Of a stretch of DNA of 64,000 bases, positions 31,754 to 41,617 are shown in pieces. The notes under the pieces were generated by a model, which saw only the letters and a list, made by a program, of their open reading frames with translations, made no database searches and was not told where the DNA came from. Position 1 is the stretch's first letter. Each line of letters starts with the position of its first letter. The position numbers and the translations under genes are program-made. The DNA comes from Acidobacteriota bacterium (GTDB lineage Bacteria > Acidobacteriota > UBA6911 > RPQK01 > JAJDTT01): assembly GCA_965263035.1 (NCBI GenBank), contig OZ253580.1, positions 416,001 to 480,000 of the forward strand, read 5' to 3'.

Positions 31754-32854
31754 TCACAGCAACTCGTAGAACAGTTTCTCGTACTGCTCGGTGATCCGCT
31801 CCCAGGCGAAACGGCGGCGAACCCGATCCTGCGCCGCCTTCCGCAGTTCCCGGTAGTCTTCAGGCGTGCGGCAGACTCTGGCCATGAGCCGGGCGAGTTG
31901 CGTCTCCTGGTTGAAGGGATAGAAGAGGCCGGCGGCGGCTACGGCTTCCCGGTTTTCCGGGATGTCGTTGACCAGGACCAGACAACCGGCGCCCATGGCC
32001 TCCAGCAGTCCAGGGTGAATCCCGCCGATCTCCCCGCCATAGACGTAGCAACGGCAGTGGGAGAGCAGCTCCCGGTAACCCCGACCGTAGATGGCTCCCG
32101 GCAACAGAACGTTGGTCCCGCGCGCCAACTGGCGCAGATAGTCGATATAGGAGCGGTTGTAGGGTGCGTCCCCCACCACCACCAGCGGGAACTCCAGACT
32201 CGACTCCCGATAGGCGCGGATCACCCGATGGGCGTTGTTCTCCGGTTCCAGCCGGCTCACGAACAGCAGATACCGATTCGCCTCCAGGCCCAATTCCCGC
32301 AGCACATTTTGGCTCTCGAGACGCCCCACCGGCGCCCCGTAGGGAATGAACGGTGATTCCCGGCCGTAACGACGCCGGTAGTACTCCTGGGTCGTCCTGG
32401 CGTCGGTTACGAAGCAATCGGGAAAACGGACGGCCAGCGACTCGCCCATGCGATGGAAGGTCCGGCCGGCCCAATTCCACTTCTTTCTCTTCCGCTCGAT
32501 GCCATCCACGTTGAGCGCCACCCTCTGGCCCGCCAGCCGCGGGAGCCAGCAGAGGAAGGCGTTGGCCGCGTTGCACACCAGGCAGACGTCGTAGCCCCGA
32601 AAACAGGCGGACAAAACGGAGAGGGCAGTGTGGGAGACCGTCTCCAGATACTTGTGCCGGATTGCAGGCAGGACCCTGATGCGGACTCCCTGGTAGGTGG
32701 TGAGCTTCGGTTCCACGAAGTGGCTCCGTCCGTAGACCGTGACCTGATGCCCCCGGCGAACCAGACGAACCGCCAGCTCCTCCGCAAAGGTCTCGAACCC
32801 GCCGTAGTTGGCAGGAATCCCGCGGGTGCCCAGGATGCCGATTTTCAACCCCAT
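31754..32854 (-). CDS. GT4 glycosyltransferase (DUF1972-type)
   Basis: ILGTRGIPANYGGFETFAE, LNVDGIE, VSRLEPENN, PGLLEAMGAG. Confidence 0.9.
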   Translation of the reverse strand: MGLKIGILGTRGIPANYGGFETFAEELAVRLVRRGHQVTVYGRSHFVEPKLTTYQGVRIRVLPAIRHKYLETVSHTALSVLSACFRGYDVCLVCNAANAFLCWLPRLAGQRVALNVDGIERKRKKWNWAGRTFHRMGESLAVRFPDCFVTDARTTQEYYRRRYGRESPFIPYGAPVGRLESQNVLRELGLEANRYLLFVSRLEPENNAHRVIRAYRESSLEFPLVVVGDAPYNRSYIDYLRQLARGTNVLLPGAIYGRGYRELLSHCRCYVYGGEIGGIHPGLLEAMGAGCLVLVNDIPENREAVAAAGLFYPFNQETQLARLMARVCRTPEDYRELRKAAQDRVRRRFAWERITEQYEKLFYELL

Positions 32855-32957
32855 GTCCGACTCGTCCCCGCGGGAATGCAGGAGTCACTGCCGCATCTGC
32901 AGCGTTACTGGAACTTCTTTCTTGAGGCTGGCATCTCCACGTTGCGGCCAGTGGGAT

Positions 32958-33359
32958 TCAGTGGAGATATATAACAGGCTTCAGACTCAGATATTTGACC
33001 ATAGGCAGGAAGTCACGGTCGGAGAACAACAACGGGAACCCTTCGTCGATGCAAAAGGAGGCGATGACGACGTCGATGGTCTTGCGGATCGTGACTCCTG
33101 TCCTGCGCAGCTTTCGATAGCGCATGGCCACCCGGTGCGCCCGCTGGCCCCTGAGTAGATCGAAAGACGGAAACTTCGACAGTGCTCGCTTTGCCGCTCT
33201 GAAATCCGAGTCGTTTCGAAATCCCTGGAGGACTTCCACCAGAATCAGGTCGCCGGTCGCCACGACATCCTGTCCCAACAGGGCATCGAGACGATCCGTT
33301 TCCGGTGTTGGAATACCGTTGAAAAAATCGATCCAGACACTGGAATCGATCAGAATCAT
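32958..33359 (-). CDS. vapC: VapC PIN-domain toxin
   Basis: MILIDSSVWID..EVLQG..KTIDVVIA..SDRDF. Confidence 0.9.
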   Translation of the reverse strand: MILIDSSVWIDFFNGIPTPETDRLDALLGQDVVATGDLILVEVLQGFRNDSDFRAAKRALSKFPSFDLLRGQRAHRVAMRYRKLRRTGVTIRKTIDVVIASFCIDEGFPLLFSDRDFLPMVKYLSLKPVIYLH

Positions 33360-33550
33360 CAGTCTCGCCTCATCCTCTCCAGATCACCCGTCCAACGAAG
33401 CTTACCGCGCAATGCGCGGATTCCTTCCTGTTCCTTCAATCGAATCAACGAGGCCAAGCCCAATTCCACGACCTCGCGCTTGGTTTTTGCCCCGGTCGCG
33501 CGCATGGCGCGTTCCAACAGGTCGTCGTCAATGACGATGTTCGTACGCAT
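33359..33550 (-). CDS. vapB: VapB antitoxin
   Basis: MRTNIVIDDDLLERAMRATGAKTKREVVELGL..WTGDLERMR; 1-nt overlap with the toxin. Confidence 0.9.
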   Translation of the reverse strand: MRTNIVIDDDLLERAMRATGAKTKREVVELGLASLIRLKEQEGIRALRGKLRWTGDLERMRRD

Positions 33551-33567
33551 CTGGAAGTCCTCCGTTC

Positions 33568-33599
33568 GATGTGTATAACACGATCGAATTATACACATC
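33568..33599. promoter_or_regulatory. Inverted-repeat operator upstream of vapB
   Basis: GATGTGTATAA-N10-TTATACACATC. Confidence 0.7.
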
Positions 33600-33677
33600 A
33601 TCCATGCAGGAATCAAGAGTTTGATCGGCGCCCGGAAAGACATTCCGGTACACCGGATTTGGAATCACGCCGGGGAT

Positions 33678-34916
33678 TCAGGCGGCTTTGGCCCGGCCCC
33701 GTTCCTGGACCGCATATGGGGCCGTCAAGAAGAACAGCAGCAGGATCAGCACCTCCGAATCGCCGAAGTTGTATTCCAGGCAACCCGCTACGTGAAACGC
33801 CGCCGAGATGCAGAGGCCGTTCAGACCCAGGAAGCGGACCCATTCCGATTCGGACCGGAGCCACATCCGGATCAGGTCCCGGATCAGGACGATCCAGAGC
33901 GCCAGCCAGAACGCCAGCCCCACGAGTCCGGTCTCGGCGGCAACCTGGAGGAAATTGTTGTGCAGGTGCTGATAGGCCCAGTCGGGGTACTCCTGGTGTG
34001 ACCGGTACTTGAGAACCTCCCGGGAGACCATGCCGGGTCCGACTCCCGTCCAGGGATGGCCGGCAATGAGACGAGATCCGGCGCGCACCATCTCCAAGCG
34101 GACCTGAGTCGTCGTGTCGCTCAGATCCACGCCGGAGTAGAGACGATCCCGAAACGGCGTCGGCAACAGAATCAACAGGGCCATCACCGCCAGCAGCAAC
34201 AGCAGCACCCGGGTCTTCTTCCTCAGGACCACCAACAGCAGGCCGCCCGCGGCCGTTCCCAGCCAGGCGTTTCGGGTGAAGGTCACGAGCAGGCTCCAGC
34301 TCAGGAGGCTCAACAGGAGCAACCCCCGGACGGGCAGGCGACGCCATCCCGCCTCCTCCCGGTCAGCGGTGGAGGTGCCGGCCGGCTTGAACCGCTCCCG
34401 GCACAGAAAGACCCCCAGCGAGACGGCTCCCATCATGAGCTGGCCGGAAAAGGTCATCCAATGGCTCATGAAGCCGGTGACCCGGTGGAGCAGATCCGGC
34501 TCCATCAGCCAGTAGTATTGCGCCAGGGCGTACACGGCGCTGGCGCCCAGAACCCAATAGATTCGCCTTATGGTCCACTCCACGTGAACCTGCCCGAACC
34601 AAGTGAACAACAAGGGAACGAAGAGGAAGCGCACCAGCTTCTTGAGAGAGCCCGAACTGGTCACGGGGTCTTCCGAGAAGAGGACGGCGATCCCGATGGA
34701 AATGACATACAGGAGGAGCGGCAGTGCGAAAGGTGGCCAACGGAGGCGCAGGCGCCGACGCCGCAGAGTATCGATGATCCAGAGGAGCAGGGCAGTCCCG
34801 GCGAATATGTAGGCCGCCGCGATGGAGACGAGCGACGCTACGATGGAGGCGGCGGCGCACCATGGAATCCAACGGGCTTGCAAGAGACCAAATATGCGCA
34901 GCTTTTCCGATCCCAT
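33678..34916 (-). CDS. O-antigen ligase (Wzy_C) family membrane protein
   Basis: Many TMs; TFTRNAWLG, HPWTGVGPG, HLHNNFLQVAAETGLVG. Confidence 0.88.
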   Translation of the reverse strand: MGSEKLRIFGLLQARWIPWCAAASIVASLVSIAAAYIFAGTALLLWIIDTLRRRRLRLRWPPFALPLLLYVISIGIAVLFSEDPVTSSGSLKKLVRFLFVPLLFTWFGQVHVEWTIRRIYWVLGASAVYALAQYYWLMEPDLLHRVTGFMSHWMTFSGQLMMGAVSLGVFLCRERFKPAGTSTADREEAGWRRLPVRGLLLLSLLSWSLLVTFTRNAWLGTAAGGLLLVVLRKKTRVLLLLLAVMALLILLPTPFRDRLYSGVDLSDTTTQVRLEMVRAGSRLIAGHPWTGVGPGMVSREVLKYRSHQEYPDWAYQHLHNNFLQVAAETGLVGLAFWLALWIVLIRDLIRMWLRSESEWVRFLGLNGLCISAAFHVAGCLEYNFGDSEVLILLLFFLTAPYAVQERGRAKAA

Positions 34917-35006
34917 CCCACCGCTCGCCGTACCGGTTCCTGGGACCGGCCGCCGCGACCTGCGGGAGAGATTACGACCCCCGGTCCCCGTCCGCAACAC
35001 CTGCCG

Positions 35007-37793
35007 CTACTGGAATCTGACTTCGACCCGGGTCAGAACGGGGCTGGCTCCGCCATTGGGAGTCGCGAGCCGAGCCCGGTATTGGAGCCAGGAGGCCGAG
35101 GATGCGCTTCCGGAAATCGGTCCCGGCTCCAGGAACCAACTGTCCGGACCCGAGGGGCCCGTCCAGGACGCCTTCTCCAAGGCCTCCCTGTCCTTCGCGG
35201 TCCGAATCTGGAGCGCGATCATGGTTCCCAAGGGAGTCTCCGCATCCCATCCGATGGAGACGGGACGGACGCCGGCCCCGAATCGGTGCGGCGGAGAGAC
35301 ATAGGTCTCGGCCAACTCCCGGGTGTAGATGTTCCCCGGGTCCCGGATCATCTGACCGTGGGGGCCCACGGTGGGAAGCCAGGTCCGTTCCCGGAGGGAA
35401 AACCCGTCCGGCCCGTTCCAATAGAGGACCGACGGGGTCGTGTGCCGGATTGGATCCCCGGGACGATCCCGGTTTCCGTCCCGCTTGTGATTGAGCAGGA
35501 AGATGTCGGTCCAGCCGTCGCCGTCGAAATCGGCGGCCAGGGAGGCGGTCCCCGAGTCCCCGGGCAGTTCCAGGCGGCGGTCCGGATCGAACCCGGAGGC
35601 GCTTCCCCAGTAGAGGAAGCAGGGGACGCTTCTGGCGGTGTTGCTGGAGTAGTTGGGCACGAAAAGGTCCAGGAATCCGTCCCGGTCGAAGTCGGCCACG
35701 CTGGGGTCGAGGGCCGACATGTGCCGTAACGGCCGGCCCTCCCTCAAACGGAAACCGTCCCCGGATCCGAAGTAGATCCGGATCTCCCCTTCCTTGTTGC
35801 GGGGATAGTCGCTGACCGGCACCACCAGGTCCAACCAACCGTCGGAGTCGAAGTCGGCGGTCTCCAGGTAGGGGACTCTTCCCTGGGAGATCAACCGGTG
35901 ATGTTTCTCCCGAAATCCTTCCTCGGACCCGTAGACCAGGTGCGCACCTTGCTTGGCGGAGCCCCCCGCCAGGTCCAGATACCCGTCGCGGTTCCAATCG
36001 GCCACCACCGGGGGAAAACCCAGCCCGCCGATGGGAATCACCTCCCGTCTGGCGGGAGAGAATCCGTTCCCCGCGCCGTAGAGGATCACATAGCCGGGAC
36101 GCCCCTTCGCGTCCCGCTCCGCAGCGCCGATCACCAGATCCAGGTAGCCGTCCCGGTTCAGGTCGGCGGTGACCGCTCCCATCTCCGGGTCCTCCACGGA
36201 GAGGACGGCCCGGCGCCGGGGTTCGTAGCCGTCGACTCCCCCATACCAGACATAGACCCCGTTGAGGGTCACCGGCCGGCCCAGGGCATAGCGGGCCTCG
36301 GCCGAGACCAGGTCCACCCAGCCGTCGTCGTCCAGATCGGCCTGGGCGGTGCCCACCGTATAGCCCGCCCACAGTTGGCTGCGCCGCCGGGTGGAGTAGT
36401 TGCGCGTCCCGTCGCCCCAGTAGATGAAGTTGGGGTTGTGGCCGGTCCGGAGCCCGCCCTCCAGGTTGAAGAAGATCACATCCGGATGTCCGTCGTTGTC
36501 CACGTCGCCGATGCCGTTGCCATGGGCGCTCCGGGTGTCCAGCATGGACTTGTGCGCCGGGAGGAACTTCCCTTCCCGGTTCCAGAAGACGAAGGACTGG
36601 ACGTTCAGGTCGTTGAAGGAGTGATTGTTGCTCACCACCAGCTCGGGCCAGCCGTCCCCGTCCAGGTCTCCGGCGCTGATCCCCCGGGCGTGGACCGTGG
36701 CCAGAGGGGTCGGGTCGGTCTCGGACAACCGTCCGTTCCGGTTCCAGAAGACCAGCGAGTCGGTGTACCCGTTGCCGCCGTGGTCCGAAGAGGTCACGGC
36801 CAGATCCGGGAGCCCGTCCCGATTGAGATCCTGGACCGCCAACTGCCAAGGGTTCTCCACCGGAAGCCGCTGCAGGACCTGAAATCCGTCCGAAGGCGCC
36901 GCCCGAACCTGAACCTCCGATTCGACGGCGACAAACAGCTCGATCCGTCCGTCCCGATCCAGATCCCCCGCACCCAGATGCCGTGCCTCCACGTCCAGTA
37001 CCAGGGGCTTCTCCAAGTCCAACCCGTCCTTCCCCGCCGCATAGACGAAGACACTGGGTCCGGCGGCCAGAACCAGATCGAGCGCCTCGTCTCCGGCCAG
37101 GTCGGCAGCCAGGACCGCCGTCCCCGGGCCGGCAAGCGGCGTCCGGCGATCGGGATCGAATCCATGGGCCGAATTCCAGTAAACGACCGAGTGGCTTGAT
37201 TGCTCGTCTCGCCCCGCATTGGCGCAAGCGATGGCCAGATCCGGCCATCCATCCCGGTTCCAGTCCCCGACGGCGGCTTCCTTCCCCGCCCACGACCTCA
37301 ACTGCCGGCGCTGGGACACGGGGAAGCGGCCCTCGGCCCCGTAGTAGACAAAGCTGTCGGACCTGCTGGTGGTACCGCCCGTTCCATTGACCACCACCAC
37401 GTCGTTGACGCCGTCCCGGTCCAGGTCGGCCACCAACCCCTCGACAGCCCCATTCGTAGGCAAAGCGATCCTCCGGCGAGGATCGATGGTCTCGCCGTTG
37501 TTCAGGTAGACGTAGGCGTCTTCGTCTTCACTGTGTCCGTGGCCGTTGGCCACGAACAGATCGATGTGACCGTCCCGGTTCAGATCCAACCGGTTGATCA
37601 ACTGGATCCTGCCGCGGCGAGAGACGTAGATGTTGGAGCCGGAGTCCTCGAACGATCCCTGGGAAAAGGCTCGATAACCCTCGTGACGCCAAACCCGGGC
37701 CCAAAGCCCGCCGCCGGCGACCTCTCCGCCGAGAAACAACGCCGCCATCATTGCCACCAAGTGCCGCAAACCAGAGCTCAGCTTCATGCCCAT
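35007..37793 (-). CDS. Secreted FG-GAP/VCBS repeat protein
   Basis: More than 12 DxD/NxDGxxDL repeats; N-terminal signal peptide. Confidence 0.88.
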   Translation of the reverse strand: MGMKLSSGLRHLVAMMAALFLGGEVAGGGLWARVWRHEGYRAFSQGSFEDSGSNIYVSRRGRIQLINRLDLNRDGHIDLFVANGHGHSEDEDAYVYLNNGETIDPRRRIALPTNGAVEGLVADLDRDGVNDVVVVNGTGGTTSRSDSFVYYGAEGRFPVSQRRQLRSWAGKEAAVGDWNRDGWPDLAIACANAGRDEQSSHSVVYWNSAHGFDPDRRTPLAGPGTAVLAADLAGDEALDLVLAAGPSVFVYAAGKDGLDLEKPLVLDVEARHLGAGDLDRDGRIELFVAVESEVQVRAAPSDGFQVLQRLPVENPWQLAVQDLNRDGLPDLAVTSSDHGGNGYTDSLVFWNRNGRLSETDPTPLATVHARGISAGDLDGDGWPELVVSNNHSFNDLNVQSFVFWNREGKFLPAHKSMLDTRSAHGNGIGDVDNDGHPDVIFFNLEGGLRTGHNPNFIYWGDGTRNYSTRRRSQLWAGYTVGTAQADLDDDGWVDLVSAEARYALGRPVTLNGVYVWYGGVDGYEPRRRAVLSVEDPEMGAVTADLNRDGYLDLVIGAAERDAKGRPGYVILYGAGNGFSPARREVIPIGGLGFPPVVADWNRDGYLDLAGGSAKQGAHLVYGSEEGFREKHHRLISQGRVPYLETADFDSDGWLDLVVPVSDYPRNKEGEIRIYFGSGDGFRLREGRPLRHMSALDPSVADFDRDGFLDLFVPNYSSNTARSVPCFLYWGSASGFDPDRRLELPGDSGTASLAADFDGDGWTDIFLLNHKRDGNRDRPGDPIRHTTPSVLYWNGPDGFSLRERTWLPTVGPHGQMIRDPGNIYTRELAETYVSPPHRFGAGVRPVSIGWDAETPLGTMIALQIRTAKDREALEKASWTGPSGPDSWFLEPGPISGSASSASWLQYRARLATPNGGASPVLTRVEVRFQ

Positions 37794-37878
37794 CCCAACA
37801 CGAGACTAACAGCCGGCACTAAAGCGAACCATGGCATCGGCTCCTTTTCTTCATCCCCCTTTCTGCTACTATCCCGCC

Positions 37879-39123
37879 GTGACCGGATTCGACGCCTTTC
37901 TCTACGGCGGTGGGGAACTCGTCTGCGAAGGGACTTCCCTGACGCAAATCGCCCGGCAGGCGGGAACCCCAAGCTACGTCTACAGCCGGCGGGCGATTCG
38001 GGACTGCTATCACCGGCTGCAAAACGCCTTCGCCGGCGTGGATCCCCTGATCTGCTACTCCCTGAAGGCCAACGACAACCTCTCCCTGCTGAGGGTACTG
38101 CAGGAGGAGGGCAGCGGTTTCGACGTGGTATCGGGAGGAGAACTCTTTCGGCTGCAGCAGATCGGCGCCGACCCCGGGAGCATTGTCTTCAGCGGCGTCG
38201 GCAAGACCGTCCAGGAGATGGAGATGGCCCTGGAGTGGGGGCTCTTCAGCATCAACGTCGAGTCCCGGCAGGAGTTGGAGACTCTGGCCCAGATCAGCCG
38301 GAGGATGGGCCGCGAAGCCCGAGTCGCCATCAGAATCAATCCGGACGTGGACGCCCGGACCCATCCCTACATCGCCACCGGTCTGCACCAGCACAAGTTC
38401 GGCGTCGAGGCGGACCAGATCGACGACCTGTTGAAGATTATCGAGAACTCCGCCGAAATCCGGCTTGTGGGCCTCGGATATCACATCGGCTCCCAGATCC
38501 TGGACGTCCAGCCGTTTCTGGACGCGTTCGACAAGCTCAGGGAATGGGCCGATCGGATCCGGGACCGGGGGTTTCCGGTGGAACATCTGGATCTGGGCGG
38601 CGGCCTGGGAATCTCCTACCAAGGAGAAACGGGCCCGGATCTTCAACGGTACGCCGAGGCCCTGGCTCAGAATGGTGAAGGCTACCGCATCGTCATGGAG
38701 CCGGGACGCTATCTGGTCGGAAACGCCGGCGTCCTGCTGACTCGTGTCCTCTATCGGAAGACCAATCGCGGCAAGGTCTTCCTGGTAGTGGACGCCGCCA
38801 TGACCGACCTGCTTCGCCCCAGCCTGTACGATGCCCACCACCAGATTCTTCCGGTACAGGCGGATCGATCCTGGATCACGGCCGACGTGGTCGGGCCGGT
38901 CTGTGAGAGCGGCGATTTCCTGGCTCGCAACCAGCGGGTTCCCGACGCCCAACCTGGAGACCTCCTGGCGGTGATGAGCGCGGGAGCCTACGGATTTGTC
39001 TTATCCTCCAACTATAATTCCAGGAGGCGGGCTGCCGAGATTCTGGTAGATGGAGGCGAGTGGAGAGAGATCCGGGTCAGAGAATCGTTCGAGGATCTGA
39101 TCCGTGGCGAATCCATTCCCTGA
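37879..39123 (+). CDS. lysA: Diaminopimelate decarboxylase
   Basis: GTPSYVYS, YSLKAN, FDVVSGGEL, HIGSQI, DLGGG, EPGR, VGPVCESGD, AGAYG..SSNYNSR; start may be 37831 or GTG 37879. Confidence 0.95.
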   Translation: MTGFDAFLYGGGELVCEGTSLTQIARQAGTPSYVYSRRAIRDCYHRLQNAFAGVDPLICYSLKANDNLSLLRVLQEEGSGFDVVSGGELFRLQQIGADPGSIVFSGVGKTVQEMEMALEWGLFSINVESRQELETLAQISRRMGREARVAIRINPDVDARTHPYIATGLHQHKFGVEADQIDDLLKIIENSAEIRLVGLGYHIGSQILDVQPFLDAFDKLREWADRIRDRGFPVEHLDLGGGLGISYQGETGPDLQRYAEALAQNGEGYRIVMEPGRYLVGNAGVLLTRVLYRKTNRGKVFLVVDAAMTDLLRPSLYDAHHQILPVQADRSWITADVVGPVCESGDFLARNQRVPDAQPGDLLAVMSAGAYGFVLSSNYNSRRRAAEILVDGGEWREIRVRESFEDLIRGESIP

Positions 39124-39331
39124 AGGGCCCCGGTGAAGGTCGTCGTGGCGTGCCTCCGAATTTCCATTCCACAGCAGTCGGGGAGTATTCAGGAGCGGTC
39201 TGGACACCGGTAAGTGCCCTGGATTCTTTGTTTTTGTGGGGTTTCCTTGACTGGTCCGAAACCGTTTCAATATCATGCGCAGCCAGATGGCGTGCTCGCC
39301 GCGTTAACCACGATTTGCAAGGAGCCGAGTC

Positions 39332-40405
39332 TTGTCCTTGGAAACTGACGTTACGCTGGAGATCGAGCCCGAATCCCGTGTGGACGTGATCAACGTCCGC
39401 GATCGTATTCCGGATCGGACCCGCTCCCGATTTTCCAAGTATTCCAAGTCGGTCTACTACTCCTACCACACCACGGCCGGCTACTTCGGTGAGAAGCTCT
39501 CGGCCCAGCTGAATCACAGCGGCGAGGCCCTGCGCAACTTCGTGCAGATGTTCCAGACGCTGTTCCCTTTTCGGCGGGGATACCGTCACGACCAAATGGA
39601 TCTGCGCACCGAGTTGAGCCAGGAGCAGAAGGTCACCGAGCCTCACAATGCCGACTCCCACCTTACGTTCATGAGTTCCGGCCTCACCAATTGCGCGACG
39701 TACGAGAACAATCCCGATACCCCCGTCTATTTCGTGGACCTGGACGGCATCTGGAACGACATCCGGCGCCGGCGCCGGACCACCGTGATGGCATTCAACG
39801 AGGAACAGGTGGTTGATCGCGTGGACCTCCCGGTCCCGGTATCCCGGCACCCCATCGATTCCATCAACCTGATGGATCCCAGACTTGAATTCTTCTCCCG
39901 GGTGCAAGAACTGATCCGGACCCATGGCGTCGACCGGGGGCGTATCGATATCTCACTGGCGCCGGACGAACAGAATGCGGGCCTCACCGTAAACGAGTAC
40001 GAGACCCTGCTGATAAAACACGATCTGGCCAGGGTCCTGAGAAATCCCCTGCATTTCATGGCGAAGAGCGGCCGGCAGATGTTGGGAAACCCGAGGGCCA
40101 TTCCGGGCAGGGCCAGGGATTACGCCAAATACGATCTGGTCCAGATTCTCAATCAGACCGTGGACGCGCTGGGGTTGAGCGAGTCGGTCTTCGAGCGCCT
40201 GCTGCAAAGATTCGTCAGGGCGCCCGCCGACCACTTCCTGGGCATGGAGCGCTCATTGATCCTGTTGGTCTCCAACTCCCATGCCAATGGTAACAGCCAT
40301 GGCTCCATCGTCCACGGAACCTACCAGAGCCCCATCCTGGTTCAATGGGACCGGCCCGAATCCAACACGCGGCGGCTGGAGATCTCCCTGGTCCGATTCG
40401 ACTGA
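39332..40405 (+). CDS. Hypothetical protein with two YjbQ/UPF0047-like halves
   Basis: HTTAG and NADSHL in the N-half; AGLTVNE and GTYQ..WD..R in the C-half. Confidence 0.55.
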   Translation: MSLETDVTLEIEPESRVDVINVRDRIPDRTRSRFSKYSKSVYYSYHTTAGYFGEKLSAQLNHSGEALRNFVQMFQTLFPFRRGYRHDQMDLRTELSQEQKVTEPHNADSHLTFMSSGLTNCATYENNPDTPVYFVDLDGIWNDIRRRRRTTVMAFNEEQVVDRVDLPVPVSRHPIDSINLMDPRLEFFSRVQELIRTHGVDRGRIDISLAPDEQNAGLTVNEYETLLIKHDLARVLRNPLHFMAKSGRQMLGNPRAIPGRARDYAKYDLVQILNQTVDALGLSESVFERLLQRFVRAPADHFLGMERSLILLVSNSHANGNSHGSIVHGTYQSPILVQWDRPESNTRRLEISLVRFD

Positions 40406-40406
40406 T

Positions 40407-41441
40407 TCAGTCGCCGCCCGTTTGGACCCATTCCAATATCGTTCGATAGGACGCGGACTCCCGATTCCATCGAACACCTCCGCCGTGTTGGTCAGAGCCG
40501 GACGCCCGGGTTCCTTTGGGGGGAGGCTCACGGGTCGGCTTCAGCAACACGAGGCTCTGCTCCGGCCGCTTCAGGTCAATGACCCGCAACGCCGAACGAT
40601 AGTAACCCTGGACGTCTTCCGGTCCGGCCCGTTCCTGAGCCGGCTCCAGGCGGAAGATGACGTGAGACTTGTGACAGTCGAAGCAGGACTTGCCATCGGC
40701 TCCGGATTTCTGCAGCAGGGGCAAGACGCGGTCCCGAAAGAATTGGAGGGAAGGAAGCGTCGGATCCGTAGCCGGACCTTCTTCCGGGAGTTGAGTCAGG
40801 CTCTCGACGATCGCCGGAAGATCACGCAGTCCAGGCCGGCTCCGAATCAGGGAAAACGCCAATTCGGCCAGGGCGGGATCCGGGTCCCTCAACGCCTCGC
40901 TCAAGAGACTCACGAAACGGAGATCCTGCAATCGCCCCGGTACTTGCCGAGCCAACTGCAGGATCGCTTTGCGCTTCCACGCATCCTGACTGCGGAACGC
41001 CAGACTCAACCGCCTCCGGATCATGGCGAAGGACTCCAGTCGCGGCGCCTCGAGACACAGTCCGACGGCCGCCCGGAAGATTTCGGGATCCTTGGAGGCC
41101 AGGGACCGGAAGACCTTCATCTGCACCGTCCGGCGATCCAGCAACTCGGGAAACGAAGTCACCGCCTGGAACTCCCCAGCCCCGGCCTCGTCCGCCAGAA
41201 ACAACCGCTCCACGTCGGCCGAATCCTCCTGACCAGCGGCGGAAACGAGGGGATAGCCCACCGCCAACCAGGAAACCGCTACCATCTCAATCGATATCAG
41301 CACCAGAAAACCTATTGAGGCCACCGCGTCAGAAGCACTGTAACAACAAGCAGCAAGTCTCGCTGCCGCGTTCACTTCCCACAGCACCCACGCTTTGGCA
41401 CCGAACGCGTAGCCTGCATCGGGCAAATTCCAGCCGCTCAA
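40407..41441 (-). CDS. Hypothetical exported HEAT-like protein with a C-terminal c-type haem motif (start uncertain)
   Basis: Helical repeats, CFDCH, EQSLVLLKPT..HGGG..YRTILEWV. Confidence 0.6.
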   Translation of the reverse strand: MSGWNLPDAGYAFGAKAWVLWEVNAAARLAACCYSASDAVASIGFLVLISIEMVAVSWLAVGYPLVSAAGQEDSADVERLFLADEAGAGEFQAVTSFPELLDRRTVQMKVFRSLASKDPEIFRAAVGLCLEAPRLESFAMIRRRLSLAFRSQDAWKRKAILQLARQVPGRLQDLRFVSLLSEALRDPDPALAELAFSLIRSRPGLRDLPAIVESLTQLPEEGPATDPTLPSLQFFRDRVLPLLQKSGADGKSCFDCHKSHVIFRLEPAQERAGPEDVQGYYRSALRVIDLKRPEQSLVLLKPTREPPPKGTRASGSDQHGGGVRWNRESASYRTILEWVQTGGD

Positions 41442-41617
41442 GGAGCCAGCATGCGCCTACTCTTCTCTCCCCCTCTTTTCTCTTTATCCTCTTTCCTCGG
41501 CCGACAGGTCAGATCCGCCTGATATCTTGAATTGGCTATCGTGGTGAATTGTCGTTCTGATCATGGCGGGAACCCAATCGGGTCGACCCCGCGACTGAAT
41601 CTTTGGAGGAACGAGCC

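Noticed and set aside
34056-38678. Long alternative-frame ORFs of 557, 773, 433 and 492 aa
   Set aside because: Overlap the O-antigen ligase, FG-GAP and lysA genes; Arg/Gly/Pro-rich composition with no motifs
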